Source: Yuukianura sp. NJ FZ-2021 | Taxonomy: Eukaryota | DNA length: 64,000 nt | Direction of reading: 5' to 3' | Assembly (NCBI GenBank): GCA_046563655.1 | Contig: CM102286.1 | Span: 13,392,001-13,456,000, forward strand | Part shown: one piece after another, positions 36,801-49,500 of the stretch | How positions within the stretch are numbered: the stretch's first letter is position 1 | Layout: every line of letters begins with the position of its first letter | Made by a program: the position numbers and the translations under genes | The notes under the pieces: generated by a model | Told to the model about the DNA's origin: nothing | The model's input: only the letters and a program-made list of their open reading frames with translations | Database searches by the model: none

Positions 36801-39800
36801 ATTGACAATTTAACTTACTTTTACTGGATATTAAAAGTATGGGTATAAAATTGCGTTTTGCATTTTCTGATTTTTTTTAAAGCTTTGTAATATGACTTTT
36901 GCTTATTTGTATATTTCTTGTAGTTCTTTGTGGTAGACTGGGAGCTTGAGATTGCATATTGGATTTTGGAATCAGCTATTGTGAAAGGTGAGCAAGCTGA
37001 GCTGGATCGCCTAGAACGTTGGAGGGAGGCAAAGGCATACGTTACGATCGCTAAAGAAGACGAAAAACAAAGCGCAATACAACGTGAATATGAGGCACAT
37101 TCACAATATTACGAAGTAATTTTCGGTAAATTCGATCTGGAGACAATGTTGGACATCATAGATGCTATTGTTGACGCACAAAATTAAATTATTTATCAAA
37201 AAAAAAATTCCTCGAACTTACAGAAGAATTTAAGGTTCTTTTTTTAAATATAGAATTGAGTCTAGCCTAGCCTACTTTGTACCCAAGGTTGCTATAGCGC
37301 CCATTTCTACAAATGCGCTAAGAGGTTTTGCCATAACTACGGTTTCAACGAAATTGTTTGTTTTGAATTTTTTCTGCGATTTGTTGACCTCTTGCCATGT
37401 GAATCAAATGGGATTCGTATGAAATTCGTACCAAAGTTGTTTTTTCTTGTTTTTTTTTTAAATCGGAGTTATGACATAACCTTCTTACGCCATTTGTATA
37501 AATGGTTGCTATAGCAACCTTGCTTTGTACCATTACGGGAAACGACCTAAAATCAAAATCTACTCAATAGCATAATGCATTCATCTCGTTTTTTTCCCGA
37601 AATTTTTAATTAGAAATTTTGAATTAAAAACATGTTGAGAAAAAGAAGAACTTTAAAAAATTCGTACGAACCTGGCTAAGACTTGAGCGACTTCCTTCCG
37701 GACGGGATTTGGGGGCGTTGTCCAGCATGAGACATTTGGAAAGGATGAAACCAAGTCCAGAATTGTCTTGGAATTGGAAAGTGATCTAATTCTGGTAGAG
37801 CCACCACCATTGTGTGAGATTCCACCAACCGCCCCACCACTTGACGTGGAAACGACAACATCGTCTTTAATGGATCGACTAAACCTTCCAGCATTCGAGG
37901 AAGGGAAACTTGAAAAATACTTTTCCCCGCCCCGCAGCTTTCTCTCGGAGATTTTGAAATTCTTTATGGAGTGCAGAGCTCCCGCCAAAACTTTCCCAGT
38001 TCTCTTCGTTGTGTACTTGGCAATGTGCTGAGGTCTGCGTGACCCACGAACTGCCAGCACTCCGCTAGGCATCCACTCAGGAATCACTTCGTACTGGAAT
38101 TGAGCCAAGAAAGGAAGAAAAGTTAGTCCAAAAACCAATTCCCAATATTGAATGTTTTTTCGGTTTCACTTTGTTACTAACATTAGGTATTAGTTTAGGC
38201 CTAGACAAAAGCCGCGCTCTTTTCGAATTCCTACTTTCACTAAGGCTACTAACCGCCAAAACTTAGTCGTACGTGACTTTCACTTTTGCAGGAATTCCGA
38301 GACTTTACTGCTACACTCACCACCTACAAAGCACAGACTTTTACTGCTACTTTCACCACCTACAAAGCACAACCTGACTAACCTAAAGTATCAGTTATTG
38401 TTGATGTTAACAAATGTTAAAAAAAAGTTGTGTGTTTTCAGTTTATTACAAAATTCCAACCCCCCTTTCCCTGCCACAAAAATTTACCCCCCGCTGAGCC
38501 AAAATTTTAAGTCAACCGACTACAAATTTTTAAGATTTTAACACTGTTTCAATTAGATAAAAGAAAAACTGGATAATGATTTTTCCAAACAAGTTTTTAG
38601 ACTTTGAGAGAATTTCTTTTTTGTGCCAATGAGAATTTTTTTTTTGACAAACATCTATATCACTTAGCAAATCAGAATTGGCAAAAACAAATCATTTGGG
38701 AAAGTAGCATTTTGTGGAACTTGTGTTTCATAACTTTCTCTTCTGCTGACACTCCCCACTGCTGCTTTCCCGCCACTTAAACAAACATTTGCTTTAGGTT
38801 TCCTCTCACTTTAGCTTGAGACAGGCAGCCAAGGAACTGCGGGAAAGCACGCTTTTCTTTTTCTGTATTTCAATACAACAGGAAGAAACTAGCATTCGAC
38901 AGCCCTCGGCAGCATCTGGCCTTCAGCCTCATTTGGCCAATCGAAATTCACAGCAGCGTCAACGCTTTAGCACCTTCAGGGCCTTTCTAATGCCCAAAGG
39001 ATTAGCAACGGCTTAGCATCCGTGAGCCTTAAGCTTTCTCCGTTCTAAAACCTAACGTAAACCTGCAGATTACTTAACCTTTAGCTGGAAACAAGAAGAA
39101 ATAGTAAGCATAAGCAACACGGACTAACCTAATTCCGCAATTCCGAGCTTTAGTATAGCTTGGATTAGAATTTTCTAGATCCAAAATGTTAGGCTAATTT
39201 TAGGTTTTGAGGTTAAGTTAAATAAGCGCAGGCTTTTGCCAAGGTCGTTAGGTTTCCAAATTTCACCATTTAGAGAGCAAACACCAAATTTTTGTCTGAT
39301 CTTAAAAAAACCTAACTTTTACGTTAGTTTTGTAATTTAAGTTGAACTTACATGAAAATGTGGACCGACGAGGATAAAGACATAGTCACCATTGAGCATA
39401 CGTAGTTTTTGGGCAGCACGGAAGACTTGAAGGAGAGATCGGTCGGAGCAGAGGAGGACGACGATCCCTTGAGTGTCCTTGGCCAACTGAGCCAGAGCCC
39501 TTAAGGCTCCATTCGAACTTTTCGTTTTCATTGTCAAGAAGTGGGGCCTTAGGAGGGGACTTGTGTCAAGGTCATTGCCTCCGTTCAGTTCATAGTCGAA
39601 GGGAAGAGAGGGGGGCCCTTCGTTGGCATCCACTGCGGACGGTAAGTCGTAGTCGTAGAAGTCGGAAGTGTTCGGGAAATGGGCCGAACTGAATCGTCGC
39701 TGTCTGGAAGCAGTGATGTGAGTTAACTCCTCCTCCCAAATCCTCTGGGAACTCACGACAGCCGGAGTGTCATCGACAAGAACAGTGAAGGAATGCCAGT

Positions 39801-42800
39801 GGGATACAATCAAAAAGCGTCCAAGAGCTCGAGCCACTTGACGGACGGATGTTGACAAGCTGATATAAAAGTCTTCTTTATCCTGGTTTCCAAAAAAAGT
39901 TAAAGTCACACATTTGGACAAGGTTTATTGGCTTTGATTTTCTCTAACAGGTTGAGTAATACCTCGTGCTTTTTTCGATTTTGCAAAAAAGAGTGTCTTT
40001 CACTTATTGGTGTCGTAGTCATAGTCGATTTTTTTTAAATTTTACATAAGAATTGGTACCAATTTTTCTTTATTCATTTTTTTTTCAAGCGAGGTAGTAA
40101 TCAACCTATTAAAGGAAATTCATTTTTTGTTGTCAAGGAACCTTGCATTTCTAGGAAAAATTGCCACATGATTCGCACGACCTCAACTGAAACCGGTCTG
40201 TCTGAAACAGACGCCGAGCTATTTATCGGATACAAAAAAAAATCCGATTTCGGGACAAGCATTTTGCTGTATAAAAAATCGGGTTTTCTGGACAAACATT
40301 TTGAGTTTTTTTGTTTTCATGAAAAAATCTTGAGATGTCAAACACAATTTTTTTCAAATAGGGAATGTCAACACGCAAAAAAGTATTATCTTGCGTCATG
40401 GCGTGTCAAAGTAAACTTTTTTCCCGCGCGATGTTTGAACATCCAAAGAATCGATTCACTCTGACGCATCTTCACTTTCGACATTTCAATAGCTACAACC
40501 TGTCAACATCATTTTTTCAACAATTTTTGATCAATATCCAACAATAGTTTGAAGTTTTTCGAAAATGTACACAAAAGAGAACTTTCTTCTACTTTCTCTG
40601 CTTTTGCGAGACCTTGTTTTTTGTATTCCAAGCTAAGAAGTTTGAAATGAAAAGTTCCAGTTTGAATTCATGAATTTTTCGTTTCCATAAAACTATAATT
40701 TTACATAAGGTTGAACACTACTTTTTCTTTTGACAGTGATTCATTTCCTGTGTGTAGCCCAATGAAACTGTAATTGAATTTTGAATGAAGCCACGTTTCC
40801 AACCATTTTTTGAGACTACGACTTTCTCCAGAGCTGTATCATAAATTCCGGTGTTTCGTAAAAAAATTTCGGTTTTTTTGAAAACGTGATTTTGGAAGTT
40901 CAGGAGCTAGAACTTTTTTTTTGAATTTTTATCACTTTAGGGTTACACTTTCCATTTAGTATTGTTATTTATTTTCCTCTTTAGGAAATTGTCATTGCAG
41001 GAAACTAGAAGAAGAGCCTCGTTTATGACTTTTAGCGCCACTTTTTTGTTGCAAAGTGATCCGATTCCGAAAAGTCCAGAAGACATTTCTTTGGACAAGT
41101 TTTGTATTTTGGAGAAAGTGGAACACAGAGCAAATGAAAGTCAAAAGTCTTTGGGGTGATCCTTATTGAAGACATGAGGTTTTACTTGAGGAGGACGATA
41201 CGATGCCGTCCGCCCAAGAATCAATTCCAACGTTACAATAAATCATGTCAAAAACTAACGATACAAGAAACGAACTTGAGACTTTGGAAGCAGCGATTCT
41301 GGAATCAACTGGGGTACTTTTCTAAAAAAAAAAACTTTCTAAAAAAACACAGCAGACTTCACTTGATCTTCCTTACTTCCTCTGTTTCTAGTTTCTAAAA
41401 AAAAGTTTTAGAAAAAGAGAAAGTAGGAAGTAGAGAGAAAATCTTTTGCGATTTTGAAATCATTCCTCTAAAACCTCTTACAGGAAAGTCTACAAAATCT
41501 TCGTAGTGATTCAAAATCGAAAATTTCTAGTCGAATATTTAGATTTTTTGAAATTTAAAATTTGTTCAAAATCCAATGCTTTCACTTCCGCTCCTTCTTT
41601 TGCGTCATGTTTAAATAAAAGTAAGAAGACAGTGATCGCTATAGATCACTCAAACTTTTGCATTTAAATTTTCTGCATTGATGCTCATCCAAGCAATCCA
41701 GATTCAGCGAAGCGCTTGACGCAGTACTAGACGAAACGCTGAAAATGTAAAAATGTGGGAAAAGTGGAAATGTTGCTAGAAAAAGCGCTGAAAATCTGTT
41801 TAAAATTCCAGGTTGTGGAGGAAAACGAGATTTTGAGAATGATCGACGATGACCGTAAGCCTATAAGCTTAGTGACTGACTGGCAGCAATTTTTTAGGCC
41901 AAATTTTGAAAATATAATTTCTTGTGAGAATTTTTGAAAAAAAAGAACGAAGGTGTTAATAAATGTATGCTGAAAACTTCCTTCCCTCCCGCCGTGTCAC
42001 TGTCACTTTTTTCTTAATGAAAATTTTTTATAGAATAAAATCGATTCCCTCTCACTTCGGTTTTCTCTTCTACTTTCTCTTTTTTCTTAATTTTTTTTGT
42101 CTGAAAAACCTTCTGTTCTAAAAATCCATTTCCCATTTTATAAAAGTTTTAGAACAGGATAAATGAAGTGTCTGTGGCTCTAGTAAGAAAAAGCGCGCAG
42201 TGAATCAAAAATCCCCTTCGGCTTTCCAAATCCTCATGCATATGCATGGAGGTCGGAAGTAAATAGTGGTTAGGATCTTTTGGTTTCAAACGGAGAAAGA
42301 AAAATCTGCCACTTTCAATCTCTTTTTCCATTTCTCCTTTCCTTCTTCTTTTTCAGCATTTGTCATTTATCATCTCCTTTGACTCAGACCTCTATAAGGT
42401 ACTGTGAAGCCTTGCAAACCACGTGATTCAAAAAATTTTTAAAAAAAAATTGGCCTAGAATTTAACATCCGAAAAAAAGTTTGGCTAGAAATTTGTCAAA
42501 AGCGGAAATTCCTTATTAAAAATTGGACAAAAGGAGAATAATTCGACACTGTACAGCATTCATGTCATTTCCAAATTTTTTGGGAATAATTTAGCTCACT
42601 TTTCTTGTGTGTTTGATAAAATGAAGAAAAATGGATTTCATGTCCGCGGAAGAAAATACTCGCAGAAATCTCGGAGCATTGAAAGACTAAATCATGTGTT
42701 TCTCATGTGATTTGACTTATTGACTTTGACGTCAAAGGTGGTTGACCTTTTCAAAAAAATAATCCGCATTCCCTAAAGTGGTGAAAGTTATTTGCGTACA

Positions 42801-45800
42801 TGATAACTTCCTAATGCAAACCAAACAAACTTTCACTTCATATTTTCCAAAAATACTTTTCGACAATTTGTTTTTACTTTGTGATAACTCATCGTTAACT
42901 TTTTTTAGTCCCTGCGTAAACACAACAATGTTTTATTTTCAAACAAAGCCAAAAGTGCAGAAACTTTTTTTTTGCATTTCAGAAATTCTCCCATCTTCTG
43001 AACTTTTTCTAAACAAAGCAATATATTCTAAATTGGAAAAAAAATGGGCAACTCAGCCCTAATGTTTCCTACTTTTGTAAAATCATTTCTCAGAATCGGA
43101 TGTCCCCGTGGACTCATAAACGTAACTGTTTGTGTTTATGTTTTTTTACTTATGTACTAAAGATAAAGTTTGCGCGGAAACAATGTCGCTGTGTTGTGAT
43201 TGGTTGCTGGTTTGATTTCTACTAAACACGCTACGCACTCATTTCTACCAAAAGTTTACGACTATAGTGTTAAGTTTTATGGAAAGTTAAGGAACCGCGT
43301 AGGTTCCAAAGCGATTCTGGAAGCCGCTGATGCTGAAATGTCTTTATGAAAACATGAAAGCTAAAGTGATAATCTGTAATGACACTCGCTGATAATGGGA
43401 TTTTACTATATAATATGTTAAGTATAATATGCATTATACACATAGTGTGAATTCACCTGACTTTCACTTACCGATTGATCTTTACTTCCGCTTTCACTGC
43501 CTTTCTCAATTCTTGTTTGAGGTTAACACTTTCCCTTCGCACCATAAAACACTGTTGATGTGTTTAGCAAATGGGTTGACTTTATGGTAAAAGCTATGCA
43601 TAAAACCACATGCGTTTCGTTTTGAGTAAATGTTAACTCAAAAATGAAATGCACATTAGAGAGTTCCATTTCCTAAATGTTCGAAAACCCGAAATTGAAA
43701 AAGTTCAGAAAAAAAGTGTACCAAAAGCATAACTCTAAACCCACTCTTATGTAAATAGGGTTAGAAATAAAGAAAATGAAAAGAGAAAGAGAAAAAATTA
43801 GGAAAAGTGAAAGTTCCGTTTTTTTGGTTCCTCTTTTGTATTTCTGGGAAATGTCAAGTCGGATATGAATTTTGAAATTGTTCCATGTTTGCAGAAGGCG
43901 CCGTTTTTTGTTTTTCACTTGAAAACAACATCTTGATTGTGGAGATTGTGCCGAAGGGAAAAAAGTTCATATTTTTTCGTATTAACTTTCATGATTTATG
44001 AGGCGGAAGGGCAAGATCATGAGGAGAAAGTTGAGTCGAAGACTTTTGAGACAATGCGAAAAGGAGGAAAGACTTAATCAAGGCAGACATCAACTGTGCG
44101 CATCTGTTACGCTTAAGCGCTTCTCGCCTTCTATTCAGCCCCTTAACATGCATTTTGATATTTTCGACTCAGCAAAGAAAGTATATACATGTAGTTATTA
44201 ATAAAGTTTGACATGTAAGGATGTATGATGGAGTAGCCTGCAGGTTGAAGTACTCGCATGCAGGTACTGCAGTGGTTTTTCAAAAGCACAAAAACTGCTG
44301 CCAAGTATCAGTCCAGACAAACAGTACTTTATGGGAATCACTTCATGCTGGAGCTATACTTGCAGTTGCAACTGAACGAGAAGGAATACTGGAGTATAGC
44401 TTTGGGAACAATTTTGGTTTAGAAACAATTTTTTCGAAAAAAAAAATTCATGTTTGAAACAATTCTTTTTTAAGCAATTCTGTTCGAAGCAATCTGCCAT
44501 TTGAAGCAATTGACCTTTAGCAGCAAATCGATTTGAAACAATTCCTTCACAACAAAGTGCTTAACAGAGGCGCAAAACATATTTTCTTACATATTACATA
44601 TTTTTAAAAAATATTTAGCAAAATATCTTAAGATTTTGCCAAAAAAGTAGCATTTTTGCAAATTTAAACTATTTGTCATGCACATATCGCTCATCAATGG
44701 TCCATGTAGTGTTGGGATAATTTTTTTTATATAATTTTCAACAAACAACATAGTCACAACATAGCCACAACATAGTCACAACATAGCCACAACATAGTCA
44801 CAACATAGCCACAACATAGTCACAACATAGCCACAACATAGTCACAACATAGCCACAACATAGCCACAACATAGCCACAACATAGCCACAACATAGCCAC
44901 AACATAGTCACAACATAGCCACAACATAGTCACAACATAGCCACAACATAGTCACAACATAGTCACAACATAGCCACAACATAGTCACAACATAGCCACA
45001 ACATAGTCACAACATAGTCACAACATAGTCACAACATAGTCACAACATAGCCACAACATAGTCACAACATTTTCAAAAATAGTACACTAAATCAAAATTT
45101 TTCCGGAATAGGTGTTCTGTAATACTCAATCCCAACTAATGTTGTGTAGTAATTTTTAACATATAGCTAAATATATCGTAAAATAAAAAATATTTTAGGA
45201 AATATTTCACTGATTTTTACTACATATTTACATACATATTTCACCGGTTTTAACAACATATGTTTTGCGCCTCTGGTGCTTAGAAACAATTCATTCGAAA
45301 CAATTGCGTGCTACCGTGCAGGAGTACTCGAGGGATGAGTATTAATGATATTAGAGTAGACGAACATGAATGTTATGCACGCCGGCTAAAAATGCAGTGT
45401 TGCTGGATGGATAAAATATTTATTCCACTCTCCACGAAGGTGGTGGATGTATCCGGATTTTGTTGGTTTCTTCCGGATGAAAGTCCATGGAAACTGGATT
45501 TTATCCGGATTTATCCAATTACGCGGTGGATATCATCTGGACGAAATGCTAAAAAAGTTGATATCCAGCAACGCTGTAAAAATGTGAGAATTTTGTGCAG
45601 AAGTACTTGAGCAAGAGTATTTTTGTGCAGGAGTACTTGATGAGTTAGTGCTTTTTGCTGGAGTATTTGAGCCGTGAACATTTCAACGTCTCAAATACTC
45701 TTGCCCGGGATTATCTCAAAAGCTGGAGTGCGTAATCATGTAAATCATGTTAGGGAATGCAAATGCTGAGTATTTCAGTATTACTTATACTGCCAGTATT

Positions 45801-46503
45801 AACTTACCTTGTGAATAGTATCCAAAGGATTTGCATACTGGGCTGATCCAATCAGTGGAAGAGCAGCAGCTCGTGAAACAAGAGAAAGCACTTGCTCTCC
45901 AGCCACATTTCCCACGAGGTCAACCATGGCCAACGCCTTCGTCTTGGCCAAAAAATCACAAAACTTTGACACTAGATGCGGAGTAAACGTTGCATTGCTC
46001 TGATGACCTTGACCTCCTTTCCGTTTATGCGCAAGGTCAAGGTCACTCGGAGGGTCAAGGTCACGCACTTCATGTTCTGGATGAACGGGCACCACAGACT
46101 CATTTTGTATCACAAACGTTCTCACTCTCCACGTAAAGTTTCTTGCTCCGCCATTATTGCTTGGTGAATCGTAGTCTTTTTCCCAACCGCCAGAATTCAA
46201 AAATCGGTTGAGAGCTTTTGCTGCTCCTAAAGAAACATTTGAAGAGTCTGCCAAAATTGCAACAATTTCAATTCGAATGGAACTGAGGGCAGGAGTAATC
46301 GGGGGTTTGGGTGATCTAAAGAACGAAGCCGACGGTTTCCGACTTGAGCCGACTTCGTTTTCATCAGCGCCGTTTTCAAATTCAGAATCGGTGGAAGTGG
46401 CATAGATACTGGGAGACCAAAACACAATTACTAATAGAACCATCTTCATAAGAACTGGTGAAACTGCTTGATTCCTTATTCTCCCTGTCACCCACATCCA
46501 CAT
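21825..46503 (-). CDS. NMDA-type ionotropic glutamate receptor subunit, GluN3/arthropod NMDAR3-like; coding exons 46503-45808, 39882-39352, 38093-37672, 34627-34276, 33778-33605, 30677-30451, 29114-28961, 28403-28263, 28186-28053, 24974-24821, 24372-24250, 24108-23935, 23006-22887, 22726-22656, 22434-21825 (14 exons plus the terminal exon)
   Basis: Signal peptide (MVLLVIVFWSPSIYA) and amino-terminal domain. S1 segments YRVVTITAPPFV, CCDGLAMDLL, WNGLMEVLVTG..PFSVTSVRS..VDFSTPFF. M1 FEWLSPFG. M3 SYTANIAA. S2 IGDGPLLDY. M4 LGIDSVAGM. All junctions are GT-AG and in phase. The start Met is uncertain (46503 or a nearby downstream ATG). Confidence 0.9.
22500..22625. repeat. ~31-bp degenerate minisatellite (about 4 copies) in the last receptor intron
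   Basis: Repeated unit ttccaaa.catt...gagaaaa..tcaaaat. Confidence 0.75.
24373..24864 (-). repeat. Tandem duplication (~245-bp unit) of a whole intron plus the last 44 nt of the preceding S2 exon
   Basis: 24373-24617 aligns with 24618-24864. The exon copy at 24574-24617 reads DTYAVAMRNAFPLK versus the original DTYAVAMTKGFPLK (4 nt differences in 44). Confidence 0.9.
25724..25990. mobile_element. MITE with ~30-bp imperfect terminal inverted repeats
   Basis: tttcctacaacaggttgtcctataactcgg versus the reverse complement of cccaagttattggacaacctggtgtagaaa. A related end (tttctacaacaggttattcaataactcg) occurs near 54506. Confidence 0.7.
28867..28932. repeat. 21-bp tandem repeat (~3 copies, tcggtttgtgaacttttcac) with fold-back potential, in the intron after the M1-M2 exon
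   Basis: Direct inspection. gtgaaagttcac at 28867 is the near-inverse of the repeated gtgaacttttcac. Confidence 0.75.
35874..36385 (+). CDS. Nested antisense orphan gene, copy 1 (ATG AAG | intron 35880-36121 | exon 36122-36385; 89 aa), or pseudogene
   Basis: Donor AAG|GTAAGT and acceptor ttttttgtAG, phase 0. Gapless 43/87 aa identity with copy 2 and the same stop position. Confidence 0.45.
36777..37187 (+). CDS. Nested antisense orphan gene, copy 2 (ATG AGG | intron 36783-36923 | exon 36924-37187; 89 aa), or pseudogene
   Basis: Donor AGG|GTAAAG and acceptor tttcttgtAG, phase 0. Paralogous to copy 1 within a tandem duplication of about 35489-36407 / 36408-37205. Confidence 0.45.
38301..38371. 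repeat. ~35-bp tandem duplication
   Basis: gactttactgctac..tcaccacctacaaagcaca occurs twice. Confidence 0.85.
44565..45275. mobile_element. Non-autonomous hAT-like element (MITE) carrying an internal minisatellite
   Basis: Perfect 18-bp TIR cagaggcgcaaaacatat (44565-44582 / 45258-45275). 8-bp target-site duplication gtgcttaa / gtgcttag (7/8 match). No transposase ORF. Confidence 0.85.
44745..45070. repeat. 11-bp minisatellite acaacatag(t/c)c, about 30 copies
   Basis: Direct inspection. The units differ only by a T/C polymorphism. Confidence 0.97.
45395..45576. mobile_element. 182-bp hAT-like MITE
   Basis: 14-bp TIR cagtgttgctggat / atccagcaacgctg (1 mismatch). Perfect 8-bp TSD taaaaatg (45387-45394 and 45577-45584). 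Confidence 0.88.
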
Positions 46504-49500
46504 GTCACAGTTCACAATTTATGAAGCTTAGAGTAACTCAGGAAGTTGATGATGGCGGATTCACAGACCGTAAAAAAGAAGCGCTTCCACTTCCTCTTCC
46601 AATTCGGCTTTTTCGTGTTTTTCGGTTTTTTCGTTTTTTCTCAAAGCAGTTTTTCTTGGGAATCGGAAGTTTCAGGAATTGTTTCCGGAGAGCTCGTTTC
46701 GTGGTAGCGTTGTGGTTCTAGCGTCGTCACATGAAAACCAAACAATGATGTCAGTTTTGGCGGTTTTTTCAAACTTTTTTCAGTTTCAAACATGACTGTC
46801 TTCATCAACAAGCTGAACTGTCGCCCCAATCATCCTAAATTTCAAAAAAAAAAAAATCATGTTTTTAAACTTTGTGCAGACAGAACTTTCTTCTTTCTCT
46901 TTCACAAAGTTTTTTTTTCTAATTTTATTCATACGAAGTTTTTTTTGGCTAAAGCGGTTTCAAAAGTTCCTGTTTAACACTGCATTTTTTAGTTTTTGAA
47001 AACGTGAGTAACGCATTGCATACAAAAGTTCATTAGCATATAGTACAGAAGAGAATTTCGAAATTTACAGCGACTTTTTTCTTCTTTTTGTACTGACTAC
47101 CGGTGTATAGCACGTCAAAATTGAATTAACTTTTAGAAAATGTACGCGTGAACAAGGACAAGCCCAATTTTCTCGTTTCTCCTTTCTTTGAATGTGTTTC
47201 TGCGGCATTTTTTTTGCTTTGCATCCCTCAGTTGCTCATATATTTCAATTGTTATTCAACTCCAGCCTTCTTCAGCTTCTTCTTTTTTCTAAAAAACTCT
47301 GTTTTTAAAAAAAGTAGAAAGTGAACAAGCCTCGAAGCCTGTAGGGATCTATAGTCTCGTCTCTAAACTTACAGCCTACTCCAAGGACTCGTAAGATTCC
47401 CATGCCTTCAGTAATGAAAATTGGCAAGTCACTGAACTTTAAAAATTGTGTTTGCCTTTTGCTACCTTACAAGATATCTTGTTTTTCCAAAAACCAATCT
47501 TCACAAGAGTCATAAACAAAATTTTTTGTTAAAAAATTGAGATAAAAGAAAGTTTGTTTTCTTAAGAAAACTTAAAACTTTCACCTGAAAGAAGCACTCA
47601 GGGTGAAATCGAATTGGAACAATGTAGTATATGGAAGATGTTAAAGATAAAAACGTGTGTTATGAATAACGAAAAAGTTTGTATGTCGTAAGAAGTGGTT
47701 AGGGATTTCCAGTGGTGCGCTTCCAGCGTCATTGACGCTGGAAGCGTTATTATGATTCTGTAGACATAGAAGAGAAGCATTTTAAGCGTAGGTTTCAGGC
47801 CAAGGGAAAATGGATCCCCAGGCGCAGCCCACTTGGATCCTGTCCTCTTCAAAGCACTATCAGCTTCATTTTCAGAAGAAAAAAAAACGAATTTCGAAAA
47901 AAAAAATCTTTCAGCATTTCAAGTATAGTCTATTTTTTGGAAGCATGGAACCAGAGGGCGGAGCTTAACTTTCACCAGTGATAGCGTTTTCACATTTACA
48001 GTAAAAAAAAACTCTGCCTTCAGGCTATCGACTTTAGTTTTAAAGAATTGAATTTGGAAACTTTGTTATAAGCAGGGATGCCAAAAATATTTAGTCTCCA
48101 TACCCGTAATGTTAACATAAAACATATTTCTGTTTTTTTTTTGTTAGAAATATTTATTTATTTGCCCATGCCCTTAATAGTAAATGACTAAATATTTCGG
48201 CGGTTTTTAAAAAAAGTGTTTTTTGTTGTGAATATTTTGGGCTTCTTAGCACATACTTTTGACAAAGCTGTTTATAAATTTTTTTTTAAAAGGTTAAAGT
48301 TTGAAAATTAAATTAAGTTAGATTTTGTGTGTTAATTGAGTTAGGTTTTTGGTTAAGGCTAAGAAACACGATGGAGGTTTTCATTCAAGAATGTTTGTTT
48401 TGATGCTTTCCTTGGATTTCGGTTTAATTCGTCTGAGGATATGGAAGTGAAGGGTCTTAGAATTCGGTTTATGGAGGAGGGGGGACTTAAGGTCCTCTGG
48501 GACTTCAAACTACAAAATTAACTTGTAAAACTTTTGTCTTTTTGATGCTTTTCTGCATCTAAAGCTAGAAACCACAGACAGAAGTTTAAGATAGTACGTG
48601 AAGCTTTCTCCGCTTTTCCATTCCGCACCATTTCCCAAGGATTTTAATTAACCAGTCCATTTTCCAGCAGATCTTGTGCACAAATGAAACATTTATGGCC
48701 AAACACCAATCAGATCCTCTCGAACTTCCGTTTGCATTGGTGTTCGAAAACTTTCTCCAAAAGCCATTATGTTGTTTGGGTTGATTTTGAACCTAAACTT
48801 TGAACTTTTGAACTTCAACGTCAACCTTATAATCCTTTGTGTTCAAAAACACACACTTGACCTGAGTAAACAAACTTTTAAATTTATAGATCCACTTCAT
48901 CTTCAGTTATTGCCCTTCCTACTCCCTAACCTAATCTAAAACAAAAGCATAACTTGAACGACATAACATAGACACAACAACATCAGAAAATAAGGAGCAA
49001 ACAAAATAACATTTCATAAAAAATTTCCTAAACATGTACTTAACATTTAATGTTCGTGTGACACATTACAAAATTTTTGCACGCGTGGATGTATTAGAAT
49101 GTGTAAGAAAAACTTTAAGCTGACGAATGCTTTCACTTTTTTTTGTTTTTGGACTTTTATTTTTTTTAAACTGTCTCTGTACATTACTCATGCTCTGTGA
49201 AATGTAAAAATAAAAGTTCTTCAAGCATTCTAATTCCTTTGCGTTCCAATTTCTGTTAATTTATGTTTACTGGACTCCTTTTATCCAGGAACTTTTCTCT
49301 TACTTTCTACTTATACAGGGAGCACTGGAAAGAGTTTTGCACAGGATTTATGTGGAGTCGTTATTTTTGTAATGGAAGCCAAAAAAGATTTCTGGAAGGA
49401 CTGCTAGTATAGTCTAAGGGGTAAAGAGGTGCCTTTCACCCAGAACTAAACTTTCTCCCTGTACTTGCATACTGAACTTTTGGTTATAGAAAATCAATGG

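Noticed and set aside
44745..45070. Regular short repeat array that might be mistaken for a CRISPR array
   Set aside because: Head-to-tail 11-mers with no unique spacers, in a eukaryotic intron inside a MITE; no cas genes.
48073..48200. cagggatgccaaaaatatttagtc ... gactaaatatttcggc inverted repeat, a possible hAT MITE
   Set aside because: The right terminus is degenerate and no TSD is identifiable, so it cannot be delimited.
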